From NCBI GenBank assembly GCA_019057815.1, contig JAHLWR010000008.1:94540-158539 (forward strand): a stretch of DNA of 64,000 nucleotides, written 5' to 3'. Below the pieces are notes generated by a model that saw only the letters and a program-made list of their open reading frames with translations, did no database searches and was not told where the DNA came from. Numbering within the stretch: the stretch's first letter is position 1; every line of letters starts with the position of its first letter. The translations under genes were made by a program, and so were the position numbers. Positions 8,525 to 18,424 of the stretch are shown piece after piece. The stretch is from Candidatus Heimdallarchaeota archaeon (lineage in GTDB: Archaea > Asgardarchaeota > Heimdallarchaeia > Heimdallarchaeales > Heimdallarchaeaceae).

Positions 8525-11500
8525 ATGAATAACAAAGAACAAAAAATAATTAAAAACAAAAATAAGAAAATCATCTTTCCTAAAGATGAAAAGTTAGCAT
8601 TAATACGAACTATTGAGTACAGTAAACAAGATTGCGCAGCATTAGCAAGATGTTACAACTCATTCAAAGATTCAGACAGTTGGCCAGATGGTTTCGGAGG
8701 TTCATTTGTTTTCACAGGAGAATTCTTTGAAAGTCGACTTGAAAACAAAGATCTATCAGCGTGGTTTATTGCTAATACTCCAGATGATAGCACAAAAATT
8801 ATTGGTGTAAGTCTGTGCAATAGAAGTTGGGACATACCTAACGCTTGGTATGTTGGAATGTTAGGTGTTGATCCTGCATATCAGGGGCAGAAATTCGGGA
8901 AAGCCTTACTGCTCCTTTCAACACAGTTTGCTATGGAGAATAAAGCTAAATTTATCTCTCTAAACACTTGGGGTGGAAATTTAAAAGCGATGCCACTTTA
9001 CAAGAAGCAAGGCTACAAATGGCGACCTGATACTTCTGTTTATATGGAAAATTATATCCCGCAGATTCTTAATTTCTCTATGTTCCAAGAATTTTTTTCA
9101 GAAAATTATTGGTACGATGTTTTCAAACCCAATATAACACAAGAACCTGACTTGGAATTTACGGACAAAATGGCTACCTACGAGTATAGCTTTGAGAAAA
9201 ACGATAAGGAATCAATTAGAATATGGATTGATAGTTCTATAGCTAGAATTAGTGGTTTCCACATCATAACACTGAATGAGGATTTACTAATAAACGCTAA
9301 AACACCAAACTCTGATGCGTTCATAGGAGTTGAGAGTTTTCCAGTTCTTCTTGAAATAGATAATCAAGGAAAAAGCTCAAAGAAACTATCGATACAAATA
9401 AGCTCAAGTGAACAGATAGAGGTTGAAGGTACTACAACTTATGAAATTGAAGTGGAACCATCAGTTAAAAAGGAAATAGGAATCATTGGTATTTTCAAGG
9501 AAGAAACGGAAGAAATAGATACAAAAAGTCATCAACCAATCTACAGCAAACACGAAATTACATTTACTATAAAAATGAATGAACAGGAGTTTCAAGTCAA
9601 GATTGGAAAATATCCACAATATGCTTTAGATATCGATACTTATCCTTCCCACCTAATACTAGCTTCAGGCTGTAAAACAGCTATTCCCCTTGAAATCAAA
9701 AACAATATAAAAGAACAAAAAGCTGTTCGAGTTGAGCTAACTGATGGAAACTTAATCTCATTTGAACAACACAAATACTCCATCAACGTTTCAGCTTACG
9801 ATACACAGCTTAATATCACTGCTAATATTCAGAATACATCTACAAAAGTTGATTATGTAAACATGAAAGTTTACTCTGAAAGTGGAGAAAAAATTCGTGA
9901 TAAAGATGTTCCTATCCCAATTTTCAGCGAAAATACCGCAGTTACATATGAAACTAGCCAAAAGATACTTGTCGAAAACAAAAATGTTAGAGTATATCTA
10001 TACAAAGAACCTAATCCTGGGGCTAATAATGCTTTTATTGTTCATAAAAGAAGAAATGTTGAAATTGAAGGTAATAAATTAGTTCTAGGCTATCCTTTTG
10101 ATGAAAGCGGGTCAGAATTTAATACAAAACAATTAGAGCATTCGACTTTAAAAGATCCAAATGGAATTTGGCTCACAGGTTCTGCTAAATCTGATGAAAA
10201 AGAAGGAGTTAGAATTATTCGTAAGGTTTTTGTTTCAAATGATGAGGATCTAATAGGAGTATGTTTTGAACTTGAGAACTTAACTGATGAGAAAAAAGAC
10301 AATCTTGGTGTTGAACATGTATTTTGGTGGTGGCGTGGAGCTCAAAAATTGAAAAAGCAAATTTTTCCTCTAAAAACAGGAATTGTCCATAGAGCTATCC
10401 ACGAATTAAAGGCTGATCTTGGGAAAGACCCTTCTAGCTTCACAGAAGGATGGAAAGCTCTAGTTTATCCTTCAGTAGTTCTGGGGATATTATTTGATAT
10501 AAATAAAATTGAAAAGATTAGTGTTGACTCGAATTTCCCACATATCGAAGCCAAACTTGAAACTCTTGAACCTGGAAAGGAATACAAGTTCCCAGCAATG
10601 TGGTTCTACTTCACAGACAAGTGGCAGAGCGTTAGAGATAAATGGAGAGAACTATATTCCCAAGATCCTCATAGAACGCTAGAGTACTCATATCAGACAT
10701 CTCCAATAAATAAGATTGGTCTATCTATTCAAGAAGGAAGACAATCCATTGCTAGAAGTCTGATAGTAGATAAGAATCAGATGACAGTAGATGTTGTTAT
10801 CGATACAATAAAAGAATCTACAATGAAAGGAGAAATTGTTGTTGATTTTGATAAAATAAATCATAAAGCAAATTATATCCTTGACAATATTAAAACTTAT
10901 CAATGGAGAAAGGAGATATCACTTCCTCAGATAGATAAAAACATCATTTCAGGTTCGATTGAATTCAACACTTATACTCGAACATATTCACTTCAAACAG
11001 CTGTTGGATACTATGATAAATCACAAAATGTTAAAATTCTGACAAAATCTGAAGATTCCAGAGAATATCTAGAAGTAGATAATGGATTTCTAAAATTTAG
11101 AGGTTCAAAGAATCATCGAGGAAATATATTTTATCTATCAATAGAAAATAGCGAAAATTATCTTATAAGTCACTTTCCAGAAGTCAAACCCTTTTTGTGG
11201 AGCAACAAATATTTTGGTGGTATAGGTAGCTCTATACGTGAAATAAACGCCTGGCAACTTGAAGACTATAATTTGTTAAATTTTGAATCCAATCAGGTAC
11301 AAAAAGGTATATGGAAAGGAATAAGCTTTAAATCTGAGATAATTGAGTATTCACCCAAACTTAAAGGATTACAGAATACTACAACTTATTTAACACTACC
11401 AGACGCACCTTTCTTACTTGTTCAACAGGAAATTACAAATCACTCGGAAACTACAAGAATACTTGACGCTACGCAAATAGGATGCTTTGCTACATCGAAA

Positions 11501-11851
11501 ACAGATAAAGATGAATATTATGTTTCAGTTGATGGAAAATTAACTAGATACAACATCCAAGACCATGAATCTCAAGTGTGGAATCAATCAGATACAGATA
11601 CAAGTTGGATAGCATTCAAGAATCATGATAATAAGTTTGTTATTGGAATGATTAACCAACCAAGTAATAGATTTATAGAGCAAGTGGATCCTTATTCGCC
11701 TAATTTCTCGGTATTTGAGTTCTTTAAAATACTAAAATTTGTCAAAATTAAACCTAAAGAAACAATAAATACCCATGTTCTATACGTCTTTGCTAACAGT
11801 ACCGATGAGATTGAACCATTTACTCAAAGCAATTTAACAGACTTACTCTAA
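8525..11851 (+). CDS. large GNAT-domain protein (N-terminal acetyltransferase plus about 900 aa beta-rich region)
   Basis: LGVDPAYQGQKFGKALL, TWGGNLKAMPLYKKQGY; ATG at 8525 preferred over the TTG at 8447. Confidence 0.8.
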   Translation: MNNKEQKIIKNKNKKIIFPKDEKLALIRTIEYSKQDCAALARCYNSFKDSDSWPDGFGGSFVFTGEFFESRLENKDLSAWFIANTPDDSTKIIGVSLCNRSWDIPNAWYVGMLGVDPAYQGQKFGKALLLLSTQFAMENKAKFISLNTWGGNLKAMPLYKKQGYKWRPDTSVYMENYIPQILNFSMFQEFFSENYWYDVFKPNITQEPDLEFTDKMATYEYSFEKNDKESIRIWIDSSIARISGFHIITLNEDLLINAKTPNSDAFIGVESFPVLLEIDNQGKSSKKLSIQISSSEQIEVEGTTTYEIEVEPSVKKEIGIIGIFKEETEEIDTKSHQPIYSKHEITFTIKMNEQEFQVKIGKYPQYALDIDTYPSHLILASGCKTAIPLEIKNNIKEQKAVRVELTDGNLISFEQHKYSINVSAYDTQLNITANIQNTSTKVDYVNMKVYSESGEKIRDKDVPIPIFSENTAVTYETSQKILVENKNVRVYLYKEPNPGANNAFIVHKRRNVEIEGNKLVLGYPFDESGSEFNTKQLEHSTLKDPNGIWLTGSAKSDEKEGVRIIRKVFVSNDEDLIGVCFELENLTDEKKDNLGVEHVFWWWRGAQKLKKQIFPLKTGIVHRAIHELKADLGKDPSSFTEGWKALVYPSVVLGILFDINKIEKISVDSNFPHIEAKLETLEPGKEYKFPAMWFYFTDKWQSVRDKWRELYSQDPHRTLEYSYQTSPINKIGLSIQEGRQSIARSLIVDKNQMTVDVVIDTIKESTMKGEIVVDFDKINHKANYILDNIKTYQWRKEISLPQIDKNIISGSIEFNTYTRTYSLQTAVGYYDKSQNVKILTKSEDSREYLEVDNGFLKFRGSKNHRGNIFYLSIENSENYLISHFPEVKPFLWSNKYFGGIGSSIREINAWQLEDYNLLNFESNQVQKGIWKGISFKSEIIEYSPKLKGLQNTTTYLTLPDAPFLLVQQEITNHSETTRILDATQIGCFATSKTDKDEYYVSVDGKLTRYNIQDHESQVWNQSDTDTSWIAFKNHDNKFVIGMINQPSNRFIEQVDPYSPNFSVFEFFKILKFVKIKPKETINTHVLYVFANSTDEIEPFTQSNLTDLL

Positions 11852-11893
11852 TTCACTTTTTTTTCTTTTTAACAATAAAACTCCAGTTCCCGC

Positions 11894-12661
11894 TTATATC
11901 ACTTTAAATTTCTTTATCCTTTGAACTACTTGTTCCATGAATACACCCGCTTTCTCGTATATCCTAGTATCAGCTAACTTATCCATTTTTGTAGAATCAA
12001 TGTTAATTATAACTATTTCAGCTCCATTATCATGTGCCATGCGAGGAAAAAAAGCTGCAGGATTAACCGAAAGACTTGATCCTATGACAAGCATCAAATC
12101 GCACTTCAATGAATGTTCTCTTGACAATAACATTTCTTTTTCTGGCATTGAATCATTAAAATTAACAATAGAAGAGATAATCCTACCATTACATTTAGGG
12201 CATTTTGGTTCATTTTCTTGGGAAGGCTCAGTTCGAAAGCCTCTACCATGTTCATCACAATCCCATCCTATTTCTGACTTTTTATATCTTGCATCACAAT
12301 CCAGACATTTCATTATTGAATAATTTCCATGTAATTCAGTTAATAGTTCAGGAAGTATTCCTGATTTTAGATGGAGATTATCAACATTCTGTGAGATTAA
12401 AAACTTTAGAATCCCCAACTCTTGCAGTGTTAATAGAGCCAAGTGAGCAGTATTAGGTTCAGCTTCATCAAAATGTTTTCCTTGTTTAGGGGGTAATCCT
12501 TTATCCTTCCTGGTCCATATTCCATCTTTACCTCTAAAATCTGATATTCCAGATTCAGTACTTATTCCAGCTCCTGTAAAAGCAACAAGATATTTTGACT
12601 TTAGTATCATTTTAGCTACACTTTCAACTGTTCCCTCATTTTCTGATATCTCTTTCACCAC
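11894..12661 (-). CDS. cobB: Sir2-family NAD-dependent protein deacylase
   Basis: GAGISTESGISDFRG, QNVDNLH, ELHG, CxxC/CxxC zinc site, GSSLSV. Confidence 0.92.
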   Translation of the reverse strand: MVKEISENEGTVESVAKMILKSKYLVAFTGAGISTESGISDFRGKDGIWTRKDKGLPPKQGKHFDEAEPNTAHLALLTLQELGILKFLISQNVDNLHLKSGILPELLTELHGNYSIMKCLDCDARYKKSEIGWDCDEHGRGFRTEPSQENEPKCPKCNGRIISSIVNFNDSMPEKEMLLSREHSLKCDLMLVIGSSLSVNPAAFFPRMAHDNGAEIVIINIDSTKMDKLADTRIYEKAGVFMEQVVQRIKKFKVI

Positions 12662-12989
12662 TTTCCTTTGCTTTCTTTGTTCAATATCTATTTCATATCT
12701 TAAAAATGGTTCTAATTAAAAAAATACAACTTCTTTGTCAAATTGGAATATAAATAGCGAAAAATTTTCAGAAAGTTGTATTTAGAAGGCTTTGTTGGAA
12801 AAAAACTAAAATTCTTGACAAAAATGAATAGATAAAGGAAGAAAAGGAACATTGTTTAGATGCAGGATGCAAAAATCTTAGATGGGATGATAAAGATCAC
12901 TAGTTACAACATCCAAGTGGATTTAGTATTCACTTCTAAGAGAAATAGAAATGAAGATTAAAAATAAACTCCATTTTAGATATCACTTA

Positions 12990-14975
12990 CTAAATCTGGA
13001 TTGAGAAAAGTTTCTTAGAAACTTCTTGTTCTCTTGAAACTGTTTTAGTTAAACTAGTTTTCTTAATATCTTTAACCATGTCTTCGAGCTTAACAACTGA
13101 CATTCTATGAGAGAGTGGTGAAGATGTTTGTTCTAAATTCTTTAGGTCTATAGATTGTTCAGTTAAGTCTTCCTGCTGCTTTAGTAGGTCTAGGACTAAT
13201 CTATCTAACCCATTCACTTGTGCTATATTTTGTGCTTTGAGTAGAAGAGTTCTAGCATTTTCTACATCAAATTCTAGAAGTGCCAATTGTGCTTTTAATC
13301 TCAGAGTTTCAACTAATAAAAATTGAGATTTGTTCTTTACAGATAATTCTTGAAGTTTATTAACATGTTTGTATATTTTCTTTAATACCTCAAGATCATT
13401 AGTTTCTTTCATCTCAAGTAGAAGAATATCACATAGATGTAACAAAACTTGAATTAATACGGGATAGAGAATGTCTTCTTCAACTAATTGCTCAAATAGC
13501 AACTCTGCTTTAATTCTATCCCGTAAATTTGAACTTGTTTTAAAAATTAAAGCTTCTGAATATTTATGATATTGACTGACATGTTTATTTTTTATTTCTT
13601 TATTAATCAAGTCTAAAGATTCGAGGTGTCTTTTAGCTTCTTCTATGTCGTTTAATTCTACATTAAACTGAATTAAATATGACAGACTAGCTGCTTCAAA
13701 AACTTTGTTACCTATCTTTTGTCTTATCTCTAAGCTCTCTTGAATGAAGGATAAAGCCTGTTCTTTCATTCCTTTTTGCCAGTAAATCAATCCTTGCTCT
13801 GAGAGTACAGATGAAATACCAAGTCGATTCTGCAGACCTTTATATATTGTCATCAATTGATCTAAGAATTCCAGTGCTCTATCTAATTCTCCTTTTTGTA
13901 TATAAACAGCAGCAAAACCAGAAAGAATGTTATGCCAATTTTGAGGTTGGTTTTCTTTTAAAACAGGATAAGCCTTGTTATAAAATTCTAGTGCTTGATT
14001 AGAATCTCCCTTTAGGAAGTAGGCATAACCACATTTTTCCTGAGTAAGTGCAATATTATTCTCTCTATTTATGTTCTGGTAAATTTCAAGACTACGATTA
14101 TGGTAGTTTAATGCTTCATCATATTCTCCAATTACTAAATAATAGAGACCTATATTGTTGTTAATATAAGCTATCATACCCCTATTTTCTAATTCTTCTG
14201 CAATAGACAGTATCTCTTTGTTTAATTCATAAAACGTCTTATAATCATTTTTCTGATAGTAAACCTCAGCTAGATCATTTAAAGCATGAGCAATAGCTAA
14301 ATTATTCTTAGATTCTTTACATAGATCGACCGTTTTTTTACTTATTTCTAAAGCTGAATCTAGTTCTCCTCGATTTATCAGAATGAATGTTATATTCATA
14401 AGAATAGTCATTTGATAAATCGACAGATTATGTTTCTCACAAAATTTCTCTCCTTCAATTAAAATCTGAAAACCTTTTTCTAGTTCCTCTTCTGTAGCGC
14501 GCGCTCCGGTATAAATTCTTAGTGCTGGGAGTATTCCTTTAAAAATAAAAATTTTAGCCTTTCGTATTAGATAATCCAAATCCTTGCTAGGTTCAAGTTC
14601 ATCAAACATTGGTATAGTTTCAGCATGTAATTTTTGTAATTCTTGCCATTCATTTAAGTAAAAATAACTTAATTCTAAGTTTAGAAGAGAATCAAATTTC
14701 AGATTCTTATCTTTAATATCTCTGCTTTCTTGTATTACTTCCTGAGCTAATTTCATCCCGTAGTCGTAAGAGCTATGTTCATAACCAACAGAGGTAAGAG
14801 CATTGACTACTTGGCTTTTAAGTATTTTAGCTTTTATTCTCTCTTCTATCGTAATTTCTTCTTTTTTCAGCAACTCATCTAGTTCAGCTATTGAATTCAG
14901 GAAATCACCCTTCAAGTAGTCCTGCTGAATTCTTTCTAACTCATCTTGAATGGAGGAGGGCACATAATTCACCAA
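12990..14975 (-). CDS. tetratricopeptide repeat protein
   Basis: repeated NNIG..Y...GEYDEAL..Y..SL-type helical repeats. Confidence 0.85.
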   Translation of the reverse strand: MVNYVPSSIQDELERIQQDYLKGDFLNSIAELDELLKKEEITIEERIKAKILKSQVVNALTSVGYEHSSYDYGMKLAQEVIQESRDIKDKNLKFDSLLNLELSYFYLNEWQELQKLHAETIPMFDELEPSKDLDYLIRKAKIFIFKGILPALRIYTGARATEEELEKGFQILIEGEKFCEKHNLSIYQMTILMNITFILINRGELDSALEISKKTVDLCKESKNNLAIAHALNDLAEVYYQKNDYKTFYELNKEILSIAEELENRGMIAYINNNIGLYYLVIGEYDEALNYHNRSLEIYQNINRENNIALTQEKCGYAYFLKGDSNQALEFYNKAYPVLKENQPQNWHNILSGFAAVYIQKGELDRALEFLDQLMTIYKGLQNRLGISSVLSEQGLIYWQKGMKEQALSFIQESLEIRQKIGNKVFEAASLSYLIQFNVELNDIEEAKRHLESLDLINKEIKNKHVSQYHKYSEALIFKTSSNLRDRIKAELLFEQLVEEDILYPVLIQVLLHLCDILLLEMKETNDLEVLKKIYKHVNKLQELSVKNKSQFLLVETLRLKAQLALLEFDVENARTLLLKAQNIAQVNGLDRLVLDLLKQQEDLTEQSIDLKNLEQTSSPLSHRMSVVKLEDMVKDIKKTSLTKTVSREQEVSKKLFSIQI

Positions 14976-15175
14976 ATTGTTAAAGTTCGATAAAAACCTC
15001 TAACAACAAGTTATTCGAATTCATATTAATAAATCTAATTGAAAAGTAATAAAAGAAGAAAAGGAAAACTTTCTTTATTTTCTCTTGATATAAATACAGT
15101 ACCACTACTAACTGATTGGTATAATGCATTTGATAACCTTTCGACAGAATCAGCAACTTCAATTCATTACACATA

Positions 15176-15961
15176 TTAATCTAAATCTGGTTGATACTGA
15201 CCTTCTTTACGAATGAGGTTCGTAATTTCTGTGTATGCTGATTTTATTTTTTCTTCTTCTCCTTCCATCAAGAAATGTACTGACCCTTCTGCTTTTCCAA
15301 CACCACCAGAACCTATGTGAACAAAGTACAGATCTGGGTAAAGAAGTTCCAGTGCATCAAGTTCAGTGAAGACTTCTCCAAGGATAGGCATAATTCCTAT
15401 TGGTAAACCTTGAACATATTCAGAATCAAAAGTTTGGATTCCCATAATCTGTGCTAGTTCCCATACTCCCAAGTCTATGCTCTTTATTAGACTAACTGGA
15501 GCAATTATTGGGATTCCACGTGCAACAGCTACAGGCATCACAGTTCCTATAGTTCCAGCAGCAGGATGAGCTAAATAAACACCTGCTATCCCATCTGAAC
15601 CCAACACATTTCCACCTTTAATTATGATGTCATTACTTGTAAAACTAGTTATATCATATTCTCCAGGCTTGACAACTTTTTTTTCTCCTTTTTCGAGAAT
15701 AATTTCAGGAAGTCTTTTTTCAGCATTCAATACACCATATCTGAACAGTTTATCCTTATCACCGGTTACTTGACCAGCTATATAATGAGATTTTTCGAAT
15801 GATTCTTCCAATAATTCTTCAAGAAAATAAGCATTTGTTGAACCTCTTGCTACAAAGATTTTACCACTTTTAAGGGCTTCTTGTACGAGTGGGTGTTCAA
15901 CTAAACCTTTTGCAATAATTCTTTTTGATTCTGACTGTGTTAAAATAATTAAGGAGCGCAT
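15176..15961 (-). CDS. conserved hypothetical protein (enzyme-like, Gly-rich motifs)
   Basis: 261-aa ORF with RGSTN, KGGN, AGTIG, GSGGVG..EG motifs; no family recognised with confidence. Confidence 0.6.
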   Translation of the reverse strand: MRSLIILTQSESKRIIAKGLVEHPLVQEALKSGKIFVARGSTNAYFLEELLEESFEKSHYIAGQVTGDKDKLFRYGVLNAEKRLPEIILEKGEKKVVKPGEYDITSFTSNDIIIKGGNVLGSDGIAGVYLAHPAAGTIGTVMPVAVARGIPIIAPVSLIKSIDLGVWELAQIMGIQTFDSEYVQGLPIGIMPILGEVFTELDALELLYPDLYFVHIGSGGVGKAEGSVHFLMEGEEEKIKSAYTEITNLIRKEGQYQPDLD

Positions 15962-16005
15962 GATTTTTACATAGATGTCAATGATAAAAAGATTATGATT
16001 TGGTT

Positions 16006-16800
16006 TTAGAGCACATCATACAACTCTTTTCTTCTGTCATCAAATAGATGATTCCTCTCATTTATCCATTTATTTCTAGCAAGACTGATATCAATATCGA
16101 CGAATCTAATCTCCTCTTGATTTGTTGATGCTTGGGTCAAGATCTCCATTTCTGGTGAAGTTATTTGACTTTGACCTGTGAAAGTTAAGCTAATTCCGCT
16201 ATTCTCTTCTTTACCAATTCTGTTCGCAGTTATTGTGAAAACCTTATTTTCAATCGATCTAGCTAACATAGCTGTTTGACTATATGGAAGTACCAGGTTT
16301 GCAGGATGAGCAATTATCTCTGCGCCCTTTAAAGCTAGTATTCTAGCTGATTCAGGAAATATCCAGTCAAAACAAATCATCATCCCAACTTTTGCTTCTC
16401 TTATTTCGAATACTTCGAAAATATTAGATCCAGGTTCAAAAAACAGCTTCTCTCGGTCAAACAGATGGATTTTCCTATATTTACCAATGTAACCATCAGG
16501 TCCTACAATTACTGAAGAGTTGAAAAAAATTGATTCTTTCTTTTCACAGACACCACTTATAATGTAACCGTTTTTTTGGTTGGCTAATTCAATGAGTTTC
16601 TCTACAAAATATCCTGAAGGTATTTTTTCAGCAACTTTTTCCATTTCGCTTCTCTCAGTAAAAACGTATCCAGAGTTCGCTAGCTCTGGGAGAACAAGCA
16701 AATCAAAACCTTTCTCTTTCTCAACAAAAGAAAGTATCTTGTTTTGATTCTCTTCAACATTACAAAATATTGGTTGAAATTGTAAGAAACCAACTTTCAT
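16006..16800 (-). CDS. nitrilase/carbon-nitrogen hydrolase
   Basis: Glu-Lys-Cys triad: LPEL, YRKIHL, ICFDW. Confidence 0.9.
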   Translation of the reverse strand: MKVGFLQFQPIFCNVEENQNKILSFVEKEKGFDLLVLPELANSGYVFTERSEMEKVAEKIPSGYFVEKLIELANQKNGYIISGVCEKKESIFFNSSVIVGPDGYIGKYRKIHLFDREKLFFEPGSNIFEVFEIREAKVGMMICFDWIFPESARILALKGAEIIAHPANLVLPYSQTAMLARSIENKVFTITANRIGKEENSGISLTFTGQSQITSPEMEILTQASTNQEEIRFVDIDISLARNKWINERNHLFDDRRKELYDVL

Positions 16801-16849
16801 ATTTAAAACAATGGACAGGTATTTTTAAGTTTGTAGTCTTCTTATTACA

Positions 16850-17515
16850 CTACTTTTCTAATCGAATTTGTTCAACAAGTATTTCGATTTCATCAAAACT
16901 CCTAATTTGATAGTCTGGTTTTAGTTCTAGAACTTTTTTTGGTTGAGTAGTCCCATACATAGCCACAATGCTAATAACTTCTGCTTCTTTTGCACTTATT
17001 ATATCAAATTCTGTATCGCCTATCATCACAGTGTTTTCCTTGCTTATAGAAAGTTTTTCAGCAATACGTAAAATAGCTTTTGCTTTACTGTTTTCTAGTG
17101 TTCCTATTATTACATCAAAAAAATCAGCTATTTTGTAATAATCTAACCATTTTTCTAGCCTATTTTGACTTTTTCGAGAAACTATGCCTGTGTAGTATCT
17201 CTGATTAATGCTGAATAATGAAGCTTTAACCTTAGGGAAGAGCTTTCGTAAACTCGAATATTCATCGGTTAAACTAATATAGGTTTGGATAGCTTGACTT
17301 ATTATCTCAGCATCTTCTGTTTTCAAAAACTCTATGAAATCACTTTTTTGATCTGTATTTCCAACTCTTTCTTCAAAAACGTGTTTATCAATTTTTATTC
17401 CACTTACTTTTTCAATTGTATCTTGCATTTGCAGTGCATAAGCTTCTTTGGAATCTACTATTACACCATCAAAATCAAAGATTATCAGAAAATTGTCCTT
17501 TGTTTTAGTCTTCAT
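16850..17515 (-). CDS. HAD-superfamily hydrolase (phosphoglycolate phosphatase-like)
   Basis: FDFDGVIVDS motif I, MIGDTEFD motif IV. Confidence 0.88.
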   Translation of the reverse strand: MKTKTKDNFLIIFDFDGVIVDSKEAYALQMQDTIEKVSGIKIDKHVFEERVGNTDQKSDFIEFLKTEDAEIISQAIQTYISLTDEYSSLRKLFPKVKASLFSINQRYYTGIVSRKSQNRLEKWLDYYKIADFFDVIIGTLENSKAKAILRIAEKLSISKENTVMIGDTEFDIISAKEAEVISIVAMYGTTQPKKVLELKPDYQIRSFDEIEILVEQIRLEK

Positions 17516-17553
17516 TTTATAGTCAACTGCATCAAAAATATGATGAATCGGTC

Positions 17554-18300
17554 TTACTCATCTTTTTGTCTCTTTAGAGGAGCATTGCAACCAGAGCAAA
17601 ACAGTGCATCTTTATGATTATCTTTTGAGCAATTCCAACATAACACTCCTGAAACATGTTTCTTTCTTAAATCTTTTAAATGCTTTTTAACATCAAATCC
17701 TTGAGTGTCTATTGCTTGTTCTTCTCTCTTTTTAGCAATTCGATTAGAAACACTTTCAAAACGAGAATAAAAACTATCAATTTCTTCAGTTCTCGCTTTT
17801 GTTCTTTTATGATCGCGTTCCCTTCTTTTTCTGTCGAATGAATATCTAAAATATTCAATCAGATTATTTTGACCTTTGTCTTTTATATAATTTCTTATGA
17901 GATATGTTATAGATAGTAATTGTAGAACTCCAACAATAATAAAGACAGTAATTGTTATCCATTTACTTTCAGGTTTTAAGACGAGAATAATAATAGAAAC
18001 AGGAAGATAGCCAGCTGCAATAACGCCTATTGGAATACCAAGAAACAGGTACACGAATTCATTTGCAACAGCAGCAACCGCAGAACCTCTATGTGCTATT
18101 AATGCTAGAAGGTAGTGTGCAACAACTATGGTTACAACAAGCCCTACAGCAATGCTTGCAAGTGTTTTAATTATAGAACTAACATTAGGCGCTATGAAAG
18201 CATATAATAAACATGCTACAACTACTGCTCCAATGAAGAGTTGTTGAATAAGTTTTGATCGATTAACAAGACTTTTTTTACTTTTAGGTACTGTTTGCAT
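17554..18300 (-). CDS. membrane protein with C-terminal zinc ribbon
   Basis: about 4 TM helices; CWNC..FCSGC. Confidence 0.7.
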   Translation of the reverse strand: MQTVPKSKKSLVNRSKLIQQLFIGAVVVACLLYAFIAPNVSSIIKTLASIAVGLVVTIVVAHYLLALIAHRGSAVAAVANEFVYLFLGIPIGVIAAGYLPVSIIILVLKPESKWITITVFIIVGVLQLLSITYLIRNYIKDKGQNNLIEYFRYSFDRKRRERDHKRTKARTEEIDSFYSRFESVSNRIAKKREEQAIDTQGFDVKKHLKDLRKKHVSGVLCWNCSKDNHKDALFCSGCNAPLKRQKDE

Positions 18301-18424
18301 TTAACTCATTCCACCAATTATTGATGAATTTATGTACTTTCTCATTCAAGCATACATAAATTCTAAATTTACAAAAGAATGTTACCAATAAAAAATAAAA
18401 AAGAGAGAAAGAAGATCGAAACAA

